Part shown: piece by piece, positions 25,701 to 37,442 of the stretch
Layout of the letters: the number at the start of each line of letters is the position of its first letter
How positions within the stretch are numbered: position 1 is the stretch's first letter
Assembly (NCBI GenBank): GCA_051294375.1
Contig: CM119265.1
Location: 10,743,042 to 10,807,041, forward strand
Length of the DNA stretch: 64,000 nt
Direction of reading: 5' to 3'
Source: Paraspadella gotoi
Taxonomy: Eukaryota; Animalia; Chaetognatha
Made by a program: the position numbers and the translations under genes
Notes under the pieces: generated by a model
Databases searched by the model: none
What the model was told of the DNA's origin: nothing
What the model saw: only the letters and a program-made list of their open reading frames with translations

Positions 25701-28700
25701 TAAATCTCATTGGCTCAGAGGGAGAACGCACCATCACAAGCGTTACATGTCAACCACAGTCCTAACGAGTTGGCAAAGCCAGACCGTCCTAGGGTAACCG
25801 CGCCAGTGGCAGGCGGCGCTACTGAGGGTCGGAGCCCCTAAAGCCCCCAAAGCCTCAACCCAATGGGCATTCTCGCATGGCTGTTGTATTTAGTAAGGTT
25901 TGAGGTTTGATGAAGAAACCTGTACTTCCCGCCTTCTCGCTTTCCCCGTCAGTGGTTGACCGTCTCGATTCGAAAAGTTACTGACAGATGTTCGTCAGTC
26001 GTTGGTACTTGCACAGTCTCTTGTCAGTCTTTGAGGAGTAAAGGTAAATCTTTAGTTTAACCATCACCACTAACCAGGTTTAGATTTGACTATCTAGGAA
26101 AAAAGTTAGAAACATTTTTAATTGAGGATATCTACTCGAAAACTTGCTCGATTTTTAAAAAAATCAGGATGTTTTAGATTCTACACTAAATTTCCTTTCA
26201 GTTGCTTTCTTCCATTTTTTCGTAGAATCCAACCGTATAGAAGTTAGAGGCAAAATAAGATTACTACCTCAAGTGAAAAATGGCGGAAAAAATCGCCTTT
26301 AGTTTTCCACAATTCTTGGTATTGAGTTATTTGTTTTATTTCAAATTGAGTTAGTTTATTTTTTCATTTTTTTAAATTTGGTTATGCCGAATAGACAGCC
26401 CCTCTCTTTGGTTCATAAAGGTGGCAATTGAATCGCTTTGGTCGCAGATGAAAAAGATGCAAAGTCGAGAACGCGCAACATCAACATCGGGGCTGAAAAG
26501 ATTGCGCTAAAGGTGTGAAAAAACATTTCACCTTCGTACCTCAATTCGCTTTACGAGAGCATGCCCAGACGAATGCAGGCAGTGGTCAATGCCGAGGGAG
26601 GGCATACCAAATATTGAGAATGTTTTACCCATGTTTCTGTATATTTTTTATTGAATAAATGAACTTTAAAAAAAAAAATGTTTCTAACTTTTTTCCTAGA
26701 TAGTACATACGTAAATAACCTAGTATGGTGGACTAAAATCCACCAACCGTTCATCAGCGGCCATTGGTGCCGGAGGCAAGTCATTCACCTCCCAACCCAC
26801 AGGTTCGGGGTTCTAGCCCGGTGGTCGTCTGGCAGTTAAGAGGGACGGGGCGCTTAACCCGCCTGTAACTCGGTGTTACAGCCTGATCCGAAGCTCAGGG
26901 ACTGCTTATATTGAACGGTTCTATCACTAACACATAATAATAATTACTGTCTCTTCATTGGTGAGCCCGACTTCTGAACACAACAGCAACAACAACACTT
27001 TCAGGCGACATGCCTCAACCTGGCGATGCACTTTCCGCCCACAACACATCAGGCGACATGCCTCAACTTGGTGACGACTTTCCACCAACAACAACAATTC
27101 ACTAAAGAGACGAAACAGACTTCTCCCTATGGGAGGGGGGATGTATGGTGGACTAAAATCCACCAACCGTTCATCAGTGGCCATTGGTGCCGGAGGCAAG
27201 TCATTCACCTCCCAACCCACAGGTCCGGGGTTCTAGCCCGGTGGTCGTCTGGCAGTTAAGAGGGACGGGGCGCTTAACCCGCCTGTAACTCGGTGTTACA
27301 GCCTGATCCGAAGCTCAGGGACTGCTTATATTGAACGGTTCTATCACTAACACATAATAATAATTACTGTCTCTTCACTAGATGCATTTGCTCACTGGAT
27401 CAAACGCACGATATCCTCGAATTCCTTTCTCTCCTTGGCAGCTTCTTGACGAGTTATGCTGAAAAGCCACTCGCGATGCTGAAGAAGGAAGGCTATCGTC
27501 TCCGCCTTTTGACTAAATCGTAAATTGTTCGAGCCCATCAGCGTCAGTGCCAAGATTGTGCTCTGATTTTCGTAGGGCTGTTAGAAATTACTAAAATTAA
27601 TTTTCATTCCTCCATGAATTTCACATAATTATAAGACTTTCCATTTTGTTTTCTTCGCTTTTGGAAGCGATCCTTTGAAGATGCAACAGCAGCGCTTTCA
27701 GCGTGGCTCGATTGACGACGGGAAGTTGATCCACAAGAGACTTGACGCTCCGCATCTGTTCCATCTCGTCCCTTTTGTCCTTTGTCATCATCAGGTCGCA
27801 CCATTTGTCGTGGAGAGCCGACGTCAAAAGAGAATCTGGTAATTCTCGAAAAAACCTGTAAAAGAGAGTTGTTAGAGTAAATTCAACCTTACCCTTAGTA
27901 ATTTTAACTTTGTAATTTTACCGTTTCAAAACATTGGCGACGTCATTGACGTGGACTTGGTCATCCTTCTTGCCTTCATCGTCCGATTTCACGCGGAGCT
28001 TGACTGCGCGCGCGTCGTCACGAAAACGCGCCAACAGGGCGCTCACAGCTGATTCCGTCCCGGATTCTCGATAAATGCCCTTAGATGATAATCCGTGAAG
28101 AAGGACGAAGTCCATGCAACTCTCAACAATCACTGGCACGTCGTTCTTAAGAAAGGTTCACTACAAGTTACTTAACCTCGCCTTTATCACCCGAATAATC
28201 TCACGACTCACCTTCGACAATAATTGCTCCTCGATTCTTTCTCCCGGTTTTTTGGCTTCCATGATAAAGTGGAGCCAACCTTGAGTTTCTTTTTTATCTC
28301 TCGCTTTAAGAGACACGACCCGGCCCTCCGAAAGAGTGAGGAGAATTTGAAGCCCAATTTGTTTATATCCTTGAATAAATCATATTTAAAAAATGCAATT
28401 GAAACAGTTAATACAAATATATCAATAATTGCTTTAAAAAAAACGTCAAGAACCTAAATTCTCAAATTTCCCCGATGCTCTTTTGTTCTTTTTTGCTGAC
28501 ATAAAAAATGCCTCCGTTCTAGCGATCACAGCGACATCTTTAGTTAAGATTATGTATTAAGGTATATATACTTAAGTACAGTTTTCCGAGGCAGTGCACA
28601 GCTGATTCTGATTGGTTTCCGTGATTTCGATAGATTCTAATCGAATTCTGTCCACGTGGAATCTTCAAGTCTTTTAGTTGTCACTGAGTTTTTAGTGCTT

Positions 28701-31700
28701 TTTAAAGTATTTTAGACTCTTTTTAGCCCTTTTTAGTCGGATCTGCTTATCAGCAGATTCCGACTCTATAATTCACTTTGTCGGTCCGTCGGTCCCACCC
28801 CAAAATATTGTCGGTAAATCATTATTATCATATCAGAACCTCGAATTTTGATAATTTATGCAAAAAAAATGATGTCCGTACATCCGTCTGTCCCCCCTTA
28901 GCAAAAAACTCCAATTACTCGTGATTGGATGAATGGATTGGTATGAAATTTTGTGTGTGGGTAGAAAACTGTATGAGTGAGATGGATATGAAGTTTCGAT
29001 GGAATCGTGCGAGTGGAAATTGGTTTAAATGGAAAAAACAAAAAAATCTATTTCACTATTTGAACGCCAATTGCTCATGAGCGGATAGAGCAATTGACTT
29101 GAAATTTTGTATGATGGTAGGAAAGTGTGTGATTGAGCTGGATATAAAGTTTCGATGGAATCGTGCGAGTGGAAATTAGTTAAAATGGAAAAAACAAAAG
29201 TCATATTTACTTGAAATATTTTTACTTAAATTTATTCATAATTATTATGTTTATTAAAAATTGGATAGATAAATTGAAATAGAATTTTGTGTGTGGGTAG
29301 GAAAGTATGTGATAAAGCTGGATATAAATTTTTTGATGGAATCGTAGGAGTGGAAAAGAGTTTAAATTAGAAAAGCAAAAGATACATTTATTTGAATTTT
29401 TTATAGTTTCTATCTCTTTCTGATTGATTGATTGATGGACTGACCAAATTATGCCAATTGATAAAAATATGCCAGTTGACCAAATTCTGCAAGTTGACCA
29501 AATTATGCCATTTGACCAAATTATGCTAGTTGACTAAATTATGAAATCAAGGACAGCCACTTCTCCGAACTTAGTTCACTTCAGCTATGTTATTAACTTA
29601 TTAGAGATTTGAAGGCCTAAACCCAACATATCCTGCTCAAAGTCAGGAGGCATCATATGCATCTTGATTTTTATAATGGTTGCGCTACTTTCAAAAGCTA
29701 ACAATTATTAACAGAATTAACAGAATTATCACGCTTACAAGCAGGAGAAAATCTGAATTCTCTTTATTACCTAGAAGCTCGTGAGAGACGTCTCCGCTAA
29801 TTTCTTCATCGGTTACTTGGTAGACGGTTTTACGCAATTGCATGTCGAAAACTTTTTCTTCTTTTATCGTGTAAATCGTGAGAGCTGATCCCTGCACCAT
29901 CCCAAAAACCAAAGGTGTTAAAAAGTTAACCGATTTTGTTTCCATTCCCGACAATCCGCTTATCTCTCGATTCACGGTCTGAAACTTCTCTCTGTCTCGA
30001 CCGTCTCGATTTACAATCGCGGTTTATTTTCCAAACTTACTTTGAGAACAACCCACGATTCCGTAGAGTCAATTCCCATCGACATATCCTTTACCATCAT
30101 CTTTCCAAATCTGGTGGAGCCGCTATCGGTGGCTACGAAAAGTTGTGGGGGTAGCAGGTTTCTAGCCAGACCTCGTTTCCACTCTCTCTACGTCGAAAAA
30201 CAAAAGGATATATCGAAATATTAGTTATCCATATATATGCAGTAATTAGAATTTTTCACTTAACCAATTTTTCGACCGTTTCCGCTGCGTAGATATAAGT
30301 GTGGCCCGGCACGTCGACGGAGAAGTGGTAAAGGTCATCCCTAATTTTGTATAAACATTTTGAGTTCTATAAATGTTGTTGTCTGTACTAGCTCTTAAAA
30401 ATTATCTCGATTATGAATGGAATTTTTAGTGAATGTACTTTCATTTACCGCAAGACTTTAGGCGATGGCATCGCGAGTTCTGTAACTAACCACGCCTCTG
30501 ACAATGAGACCTCTCCCTTTCCAAATAACGTTCCGTCCAAATCTTCAAAGTATGTCATCAATCCACCTTTCAGCACCCCGACGTATTTGGTATAGTTTCC
30601 GCGGGGAAGTGAAGTTTGAAAAAGGACTTCCTTGGTTTGTTCAGTGGATTCTTAAAAAAAAACAACTTATTGCTTTAGTATTTCATTATTATTATTATTA
30701 TTATTTAATTTTGTGAAGATTTTCTCTCACTTTCTTTCTTTCTTTCTGTCTTTCTTTCTTTCTTTCTTTCTTTCTTTCCTAGGCGATTTAATTCAACAGA
30801 TATGTTTGTATATTATATAATTATTATAATTATCTCACTCTCTTTTCCAGATAATGTGTCTGATTGGTCAAACTTTTGTTTTACAACTGTTACAGAGCCG
30901 GGAAGCTGGAATGGGTTTTTACGGTGCAACTTGAGAAGAGTTTCTTGCAGATATTGTCCAGATCTAAATAAAATTTGGAAATAAAGGATGATTTTTATGA
31001 AAAAAAATTCAAATAAACAAAAAATAATGTTTTAACTGGTTTATTTACAAAAATAAGAATTACTTTCGTGCTATTTCAATAGTTGAACATCCTCCCTTCA
31101 ATGAGTTGACATTGGCGCCCGTAACAATGAGTTGTATTGAAGTTAACAGATGTGGTTTCTGAACAACATTGTTAAAAAATCCAATAAGCGTAATAATTAC
31201 AAATAATAGTGGGGTTTTTTCATACCTGCACGTTGTCGTTTAGTGTTTTGTCTAAATCGTCTTGTTCTTTCATAGGGAACAGTAAACAAAATTGTCGCAT
31301 TTTGTACTTCATTACTATAAAATTAGTACGTTCTCGGAACGAAGCATTGACGCTAATTTTTTCTTGACCAAGGTGATGTTCCCACATTTTATTCGCGTTG
31401 TCATTTCCTATAAAATAACTTTTTTAACTCTATATTCTCGTATTGTTATCAATATCTTTTTTTACCTATTTCAACTAACAGCTCAACTAGTGACTTCGTC
31501 CATGACTCTCTTTCCCCCAAAAGAGGCTTAACTTTGGAATATGTTTCGCCGAGCTCTTTGTGGGCGAGAGAACAATTTTGGCAAACAACAATTCCCCAGT
31601 TCACGATTGCAAAGAGTGGATCATGTTGTCCGCAATCGGCGCAACGACGATTGGAAGGATTCTTTTGTATTTGACTCCAAACGCTTTTGTAAATTCGGAT

Positions 31701-34426
31701 GTTATTGTTAATTACGAGTTATTGGTCAAAAATTGATGGTAAAATTGTTACCTCTCCGGATCGGAAGAATGAGCTTTTCTAGATGCATCATCTACCGCAA
31801 CCCGCCAATGCGGCAACTCTGCCTCATCTTCAACAGAAAATGTTAATTTTATTACATTTTTAAAGACGATGATTAAGTGACGTGAAGGTGTATCCTGTTC
31901 GGAAGGCAATTATTATTGATGATAGATAAAAAAAACAGAAACAACAAATAAAAGTTATGTAACTCACCTGTACAACGGCATCTTTTACATCGAGTTCAAA
32001 TATTGGATTACAATCGAAATGATCTTCATCTTTGTAGACGGAGATGAAAGCTCGACTAACAGACACAAACCTTGACCCTAAGACATCTTTGCCACTCTCT
32101 TCGGGTTCTATCATTTTTAACTGCAAATACCCTGTTGTGATTGTTAAATGAATTTATAAATCCATCAAGCTTATAAATTTTCGTAAATATCTCACCGACT
32201 TTGTCGTGGTGAATAACCCTTGTCTCCGATTTCTTGTCGTCTATCACCGTCTGTTGAATTAGGTTCAAAATTTCCCAACTTTTTTGTCTCAAGTAATTTA
32301 CTGTCAATGCCCAATATATATTAAAAATACCTTCATAATGTTCATACTCCATTCGCACATTTCCTTGGCCGTTGGAACCGAAAAAACGTATTCTCGGTTT
32401 TTAATGGCGACAACAACTCGAAACGGCCGACTCTCATCACCCTTACATTCCATCGTTTTCACATCCATACGACTGCCGCGTATCACAAGTCTAGTAAAAT
32501 TCGTTATTATTCGTTATTTTTTTCATGATATAACATATTGATGACTCCTTTTCCGTTTTTGATTTCTTTTGGGGTTACTTTTTTTTACAACGTGAGTAAC
32601 ATTTACAGTTGATAAAGTAATAGGTGAAGGAGACTATACAATACTTAGTAGTACAATATATAGTATACATACTTCGAAAGAATATCCTTTTCATTTGCAT
32701 ACAGTTGTAGACTCGATCCAATCTCTTTGGATGAGATTAGACGGCCCCAGTAAGGCTTCCATTGAGTTAATCCTGTTAATAAAAATTGTGGCAGTTATTG
32801 TAAATTCTGCACAAATGTATTGCTGACAGTATTACCGACAGTTGTTTTCAATTGCCAGCAAAGCGTTCCTTCTTTAACTGTTGTCATCCTCGAGTAATGG
32901 CCTTTGTCATCCCGGGTCGGCTCTCGAGGGGTCCCATTTGATTCATGATCTTAATGATTGAGATTAAACACAACATACAGTAAAACTGCTATCGAACAAG
33001 TTTGAGCAAACAATGTCGGATCTGCCTACAAATAATTAGGAGGTAATAAGCTAACTTTGGTCAACTTGCATAATTTAATCAACTTGCATTATTTGGTCAA
33101 CTGGCATAATTTGGTCAACTGACATAATTTTGTCAGCTGGCATAATTTGGTCAACTGACATATTTAGTTAACTAACATAATTTCGTCAACTGATATAATT
33201 TGGTAAACTGACATAATTTGGTCAACTGACTTAATTTGTTTGACATAATTTGGTTAACTGACATAATTTGTTCAACTGACATAATTTGGTCAACTGAGTA
33301 ATATTGGTCAACTGACATAATTTGATCAATTAACATAATTTGGTCAACCGGCATAATTTGGTCAACTTGGCATAATTTTATCAACTGGCATAATTTTATC
33401 AACTGCATAATTTGGTCAACTGGCATAATTTACTCAACTAGCATAATTTGGTCAAATGGCATAATTTGGTCAACTTGCAGAATTTGGTCAACTGGCATAT
33501 TTTTGTCAATTGGCATAATTTGGTCAATCAATCAATCATGAGAGAGATAGAGAGAGAAAAACTTTAAATAATTCAAATAAATGGTCTTTTGGTTTTCTAA
33601 TTTGAACTCTTTTCCTCTCCTATGATTCCATCAAAAAAATTTATATCCAGCTTTATCACATACTTTCCTACCCACACACAAAATTCTATTTCAATTTTAT
33701 CTATCCAATTTTAATAAACATAATAATTATGAATAAATTTAAGTATAAAATACTTCAAGTAAATATGACTTTTGTTTTTTCCATTTTAACTCATTTCCAC
33801 TTGCACGATTCCATCGAAACTTATATCCAGCTCAATCACACATTTTCCTACCCACACACAAAATTTCATACCAATCCATCCATCTAATCACGAGTAATTG
33901 GAGTTTTTTGCTAAGGGGGGACGGACGGACGGACATTTTTTTTGGCATAATTTATCATAAATCGAGGTTCTGATATGATAACAATGATTTACCGACAATA
34001 TTTTGGGGTGGGACCTACAGACCGACAAAGTGAATTATAGAGTCGGAATCTGCTGATAAGCAGATCCGACTAAAAACTAAGAGAAAATTTATTACTATTT
34101 GGTTATATTATTAACAAAAGGAAGAGACAGTAATAATAGTAAACCTGTTCTACCTTTAAAAATGACTTCCGCATACTCGCTCTCCCCATTTTCTATGTCA
34201 AGTATCTGCTGATGATCATGATGTTCCTAAATATACATGTAAAATATTTTTATTAAAACTTTTTTTCGGATATATGGTAATTTTATACTATTCTGTTAAA
34301 ACAATTTTGCGCAGGTCCACTGTTGTTGTTTTCTTGAGTCGTGGCGACATTTTCAAAAGCCTTTGCCAACGCTGCCACGCGTGTTTGAGCACATAGAACG
34401 TCGTCGTATATCTCATCATCATCCAT
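22704..34426 (-). CDS. ARAP: ARAP/centaurin-delta-like gene, copy A (multi-exon; PH-PH-ArfGAP-ANK-PH-PH-RhoGAP-RA-PH)
   Basis: Exons spliced by eye: PH1 ~32948-32331, PH2 ~32132-31752, ArfGAP ~31683-31226 (CADC-x16-CQNC), ANK 31158-30839, PH3/4 30650-28212, RhoGAP 28146-27396 (GIYRESG, VLKRFFRELP), RA 25589-25347, PH5 23873-23726, 23418-23295, 22998-22704. Start ATG 34426 is tentative. Confidence 0.88.
23882..25163 (+). mobile_element. 5'-truncated copy of the TIR element at 34960-35882, with an inverted hammerhead pair and an internal tandem duplication (24374-24675 / 24778-25045)
   Basis: Colinear with 35180-35882. Right TIR at ~25060-25163. Hammerhead-like motif at 24301-24334. Confidence 0.6.
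26090..26703 (+). mobile_element. Tc1-derived MITE-like element, complete
   Basis: TIRs CTATCTAGGAAAAAAGTTAGAAACATTTTT at both ends, TA after the right end. Retains the Tc1 transposase C-terminus ESMPRRMQAVVNAEGGHTKY* (~26555-26617). Confidence 0.88.
26758..26827 (+). promoter_or_regulatory. tRNA-like unit with degenerate Pol III A/B boxes inside LTR1 (repeated at 27178-27247)
   Basis: 70 nt. Acceptor-like stem CGGCCAT/GTGGTCG, A-box-like TGGTGCCGGAGG, B-box-like GGTTCTAGCCC. The anticodon stem does not pair. Confidence 0.55.
26832..26905 (+). ncRNA. Twister ribozyme, type P5, in LTR1 (predicted cleavage U26855/A26856)
   Basis: P5 GCAGTT/GACTGC; P2' GAGG then GA; T2' CGG; U^AA; P2 CCC; T1 GC; P3 CTGTAAC/GTTACAG; P4 CCTGA/TCAGG; L4 TCCG-AA-GC. 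Same element order as known twisters. Confidence 0.78.
27252..27325 (+). ncRNA. Twister ribozyme, type P5, in LTR2 (predicted cleavage U27275/A27276)
   Basis: Identical to 26832-26905, 420 nt downstream. Confidence 0.78.
28735..29550 (+). mobile_element. Helentron-associated (HINE/DINE-1-like) non-autonomous element, 3'-truncated
   Basis: 5' subTIR hairpin AGTCGGATCTGC-TTATCA-GCAGATTCCGACT after a T-run, (GTCC)-type microsatellite, internal repeats, 18-bp GTTGACCAAATTATGCCA units. Confidence 0.75.
32995..34071 (-). mobile_element. HINE/DINE-1-like element, complete, with 18-bp satellite array (~33055-33530)
   Basis: 5' subTIR hairpin at 34041-34071. 3' subTIR GCAGATCCGAC plus hairpin GTTTG-CT-CAAAC at 32995-33026. 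T-rich ends. Confidence 0.8.
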
Positions 34427-34959
34427 CGTTTGTATTTGACGTGGAGTAACTTGTAGATATCTACTATGAAATTAAAATCAAAAGGGGCAGGAGTTCAAAA
34501 CTTTAGTCTTGATGTCTACTTTCAGGTAGAATAATTTTTTTTAAAAAAATTCAATTTTCAGTAAGAGAAGTTAATTGCCGGCGAAGGTTAAATTCGATGG
34601 TCAGTCGGGTAAGTCATTGTACAATGTACAGTACAGTACAGTGGGCAAGATGTAAATTTCGTATTTCGTTTCATTTTTTTTTCCGGTTTTTTTGAGTAAT
34701 CGTCGACGAGCGATAGTAGGAAGTTTGTTGAAACCTGTTTTGATCCAATACAACTTGAATTTACGCCAAAGTGATGCCGCTTCGTTTTTTTTTTTCAGTC
34801 AACTCTACGGGTTTTGTACATTTGTTCTTTCATCTGATTATTCAAATCATAAAAGATTTAAAGAGGGCGCCCTTTCTTACTAGATTCCTTACTACTAGTA
34901 CTACTCGTACTTGAAATAAAAGTTGAAGTTGTATTTCACTTCAGTTAAAGTCTTTCCAG

Positions 34960-35882
34960 CGTTACTTTAACTATTCGACGTCCGCTATCGACCTGAGCTA
35001 CCTACGGTCGGTGCTTTGTTAATCCATTGACTTTTGTTTTCCTCTAGCATCGAGTCTCAGTTTACTCAAGAAAACACACTTTTTTAGGGCAGTAATATAA
35101 ATTTTTGGCTAAATTTTACTTTCACCGACCGCGGTTTTGACGGCTTTTGAAAAACTATTTAAAAATACTTATTTTTTAAAAAAAGGCTTATTTATATATT
35201 CGCCGAGATTTTGCGGTCGGTTATTTTTTTTCTCTTTTAATGAGCGACATATAAAAATATCGCTACGCAAAACTAAAAAAAGGACACTGGTAAAGGTAAA
35301 AAAACTTTTTAATACAAATCCCTCACTACCCCTAACCCTAAATACCCTTAATCCCTAACCAACCTTAACCCAATTGCTAACCGTTTAAAAAATATAACAT
35401 AAAAATATTATTTTTCTTTTTCCTTTCCTTATTTGTTTACGCACAACAAATTTTATTAAGAAACAAATTTAAGACATGTTTCCGCTTCAATGTAAACCTT
35501 CATCAGCGCAAAAACGAATTGATTTGTGAAACAAATATTTTCACAGACTTTGAAGAGAAAGAGAGAAAGAGTCTAAAAATATTTGTTTTACAAATCAATT
35601 CGTTTTTGCGCAGATGAAAGCTTACAATAAAGCTGAAACATGTCCAAAATTTATGTTTCTTTATAAAACTCATATGTAAACAAACAATTCATTTTCTACC
35701 TCAAACATAAAAATAGCAATTAAAATAATAATAATATTTATTAAAAATTAATATTACTGACCAAAAAATATATCTATTATTGCACAAACTGACGCAAGAG
35801 GGAAAACAAAATTAAATGGATTAACAAAGCACCGACCGGTGGGAGCTAAAGATGGTTGCGGACGTCAAATAATAAAATTACC
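34960..35882. mobile_element. MITE-like element with ~100-bp TIRs enclosing a palindromic pair of hammerhead motifs
   Basis: 34960-35065 is the inverse of 35785-35882. Central palindrome 35430-35690 has hammerhead motifs at 35473-35510 (-) and 35605-35648 (+). Confidence 0.65.
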
Positions 35883-37442
35883 AAAACAATTTTAAAAAAT
35901 ATTACCTAATTACCCTAACCCTAAACCTTCCAAACCCTAACCACTGGTTAGTAACCACCCCTGACCCTAAACCACCCCTAACCTTAACCTTGGTCGCCGA
36001 AATAAAAATTATGGCGATAATCGAATTTTGTAGTTATTTTCTTATAAATTTCTGGTGATTTGAGGTGTTCACTGGAGAAGCTTATATCTCGCTTCAAACG
36101 CAAAACGGAGGATACCCAATTACCCATATAAAACAGACCACATATTGATTAATAAACATGAGCAGAAGAATTTATGGTCGGGATAAACCGCAATAAACGG
36201 GAAAATGCAAGTTGACAAATTTTCTTGGTAAATCGTAGTTATTTAATTATATATTCTCTTAAATATTCTCTATAAGATATGTTTATCGGGAAAAATCACT
36301 TCTCTTAAAAGGGTCAAAATCGGAAATAACGGGATTGCGACGAGACTCACAAAAGTTGCCGTATGACGTATGACGGAGCAGCGAATCTCTCTTGCTCTCT
36401 CTCTCTCTCTCTCTGACTGGATGACTCAGTCAAGATCGGGATCGACAAAAACGACAATGTATTAATTGTTTAGGGTTTCGGTTAGGGATAGATTAGGGGA
36501 TAGAAATTAGGGTTAGGGATTAAGGTTCGGGTATAGGGTTGTCTTTCCCTTCGCTACTTTAAAAAAAAAAATTCTGTCTTGCTTGGTGACTCATCGGTCA
36601 GTATCGAGATCGACAGAAACGACGACGATAATTTGAACGATGGAGGAAGCAGTTGCGAGTTGTATTAATAAATAAAATAATCAATTAATTAATCAATTAG
36701 TCAATTAATTAATCAATAATTAATTAATCAGTCAATCAATCAAGTCAGTTGTTATCGACATTATTCTTATCGTCGTCATTGCTTTTATCGTGGTTAGTGA
36801 CGAAAAGACCTAAAAACAAACATTTGGGATTTAATTAATTAATTAACTTGAATTATTTAATTATTAATGAATTAACTACCGATAATGATCGTGGGCAGAT
36901 CCGACATTGTTTGCTCAAACTTGTTCTTTCAAAAATTGCACAAACAATAATTTATTACCAAATCTTTGTTATGATTAAGTTTTTCACCACCATTTATCTT
37001 TGTTGTACATTACCAAATGTATATTTTTGCACTATGATTCTCTCTCTCTCCACCAATTTCAAATTCACTCTCTCTTCACCTCTGTCCTCAACTTCACCTG
37101 TCCTCACATCTAACCACTTTCTTTTACTCAATTCTTTGTTGGAAACTCTCTCGCTCTCTCTCTCACCAACTCAATGTTTGTGAAAATTATTTGTGATTTT
37201 CAATGATGAAGGATCGAAATCTGAGCCGAAACATGTCCAATTTCATCCAAAATTAAATTGTTGTTTCACGAAAATTTCGTTTCACTTAAAACTCAATTTA
37301 TTTATCCAAACATAAGTAATAAGACTTTAAAAGTACGGGATAAAGGACGGACGGACAGACAGACAGATGGAAAGACAAATGTTTGAAGTTTTTGATATTG
37401 AACGACGGCTTTAACAGAGGAGATTCTGACTGTATTGTTTTT

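Larger units (their letters stand above)
26724..27377 (+). mobile_element. Complete non-coding miniature LTR retroelement (TRIM/retrozyme-like)
   Basis: LTR1 26724-26957 and LTR2 27142-27377 (2 substitutions; LTR1 lacks the first TG). CTAG TSD at 26720-26723 and 27378-27381. PBS TGGTGAGCCCGAC at 26959 (tRNA-Trp-like). PPT GGGAGGGGGGA at 27131-27141. Confidence 0.93.

Noticed and set aside
26758-26827. Functional tRNA gene
   Set aside because: The anticodon and D stems do not pair, there is no T-run terminator, and it is embedded in an LTR.
26927-27259. ORFs within the small LTR element
   Set aside because: No gag/pol motifs; short ORFs on both strands crossing LTR boundaries.
33055-33530. 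CRISPR-like array or repetitive protein ORFs (also 53124-53561, 61320-61532)
   Set aside because: Head-to-tail 18-bp units without unique spacers, lying inside or among HINE pieces. The ORFs arise because the unit length is a multiple of 3.
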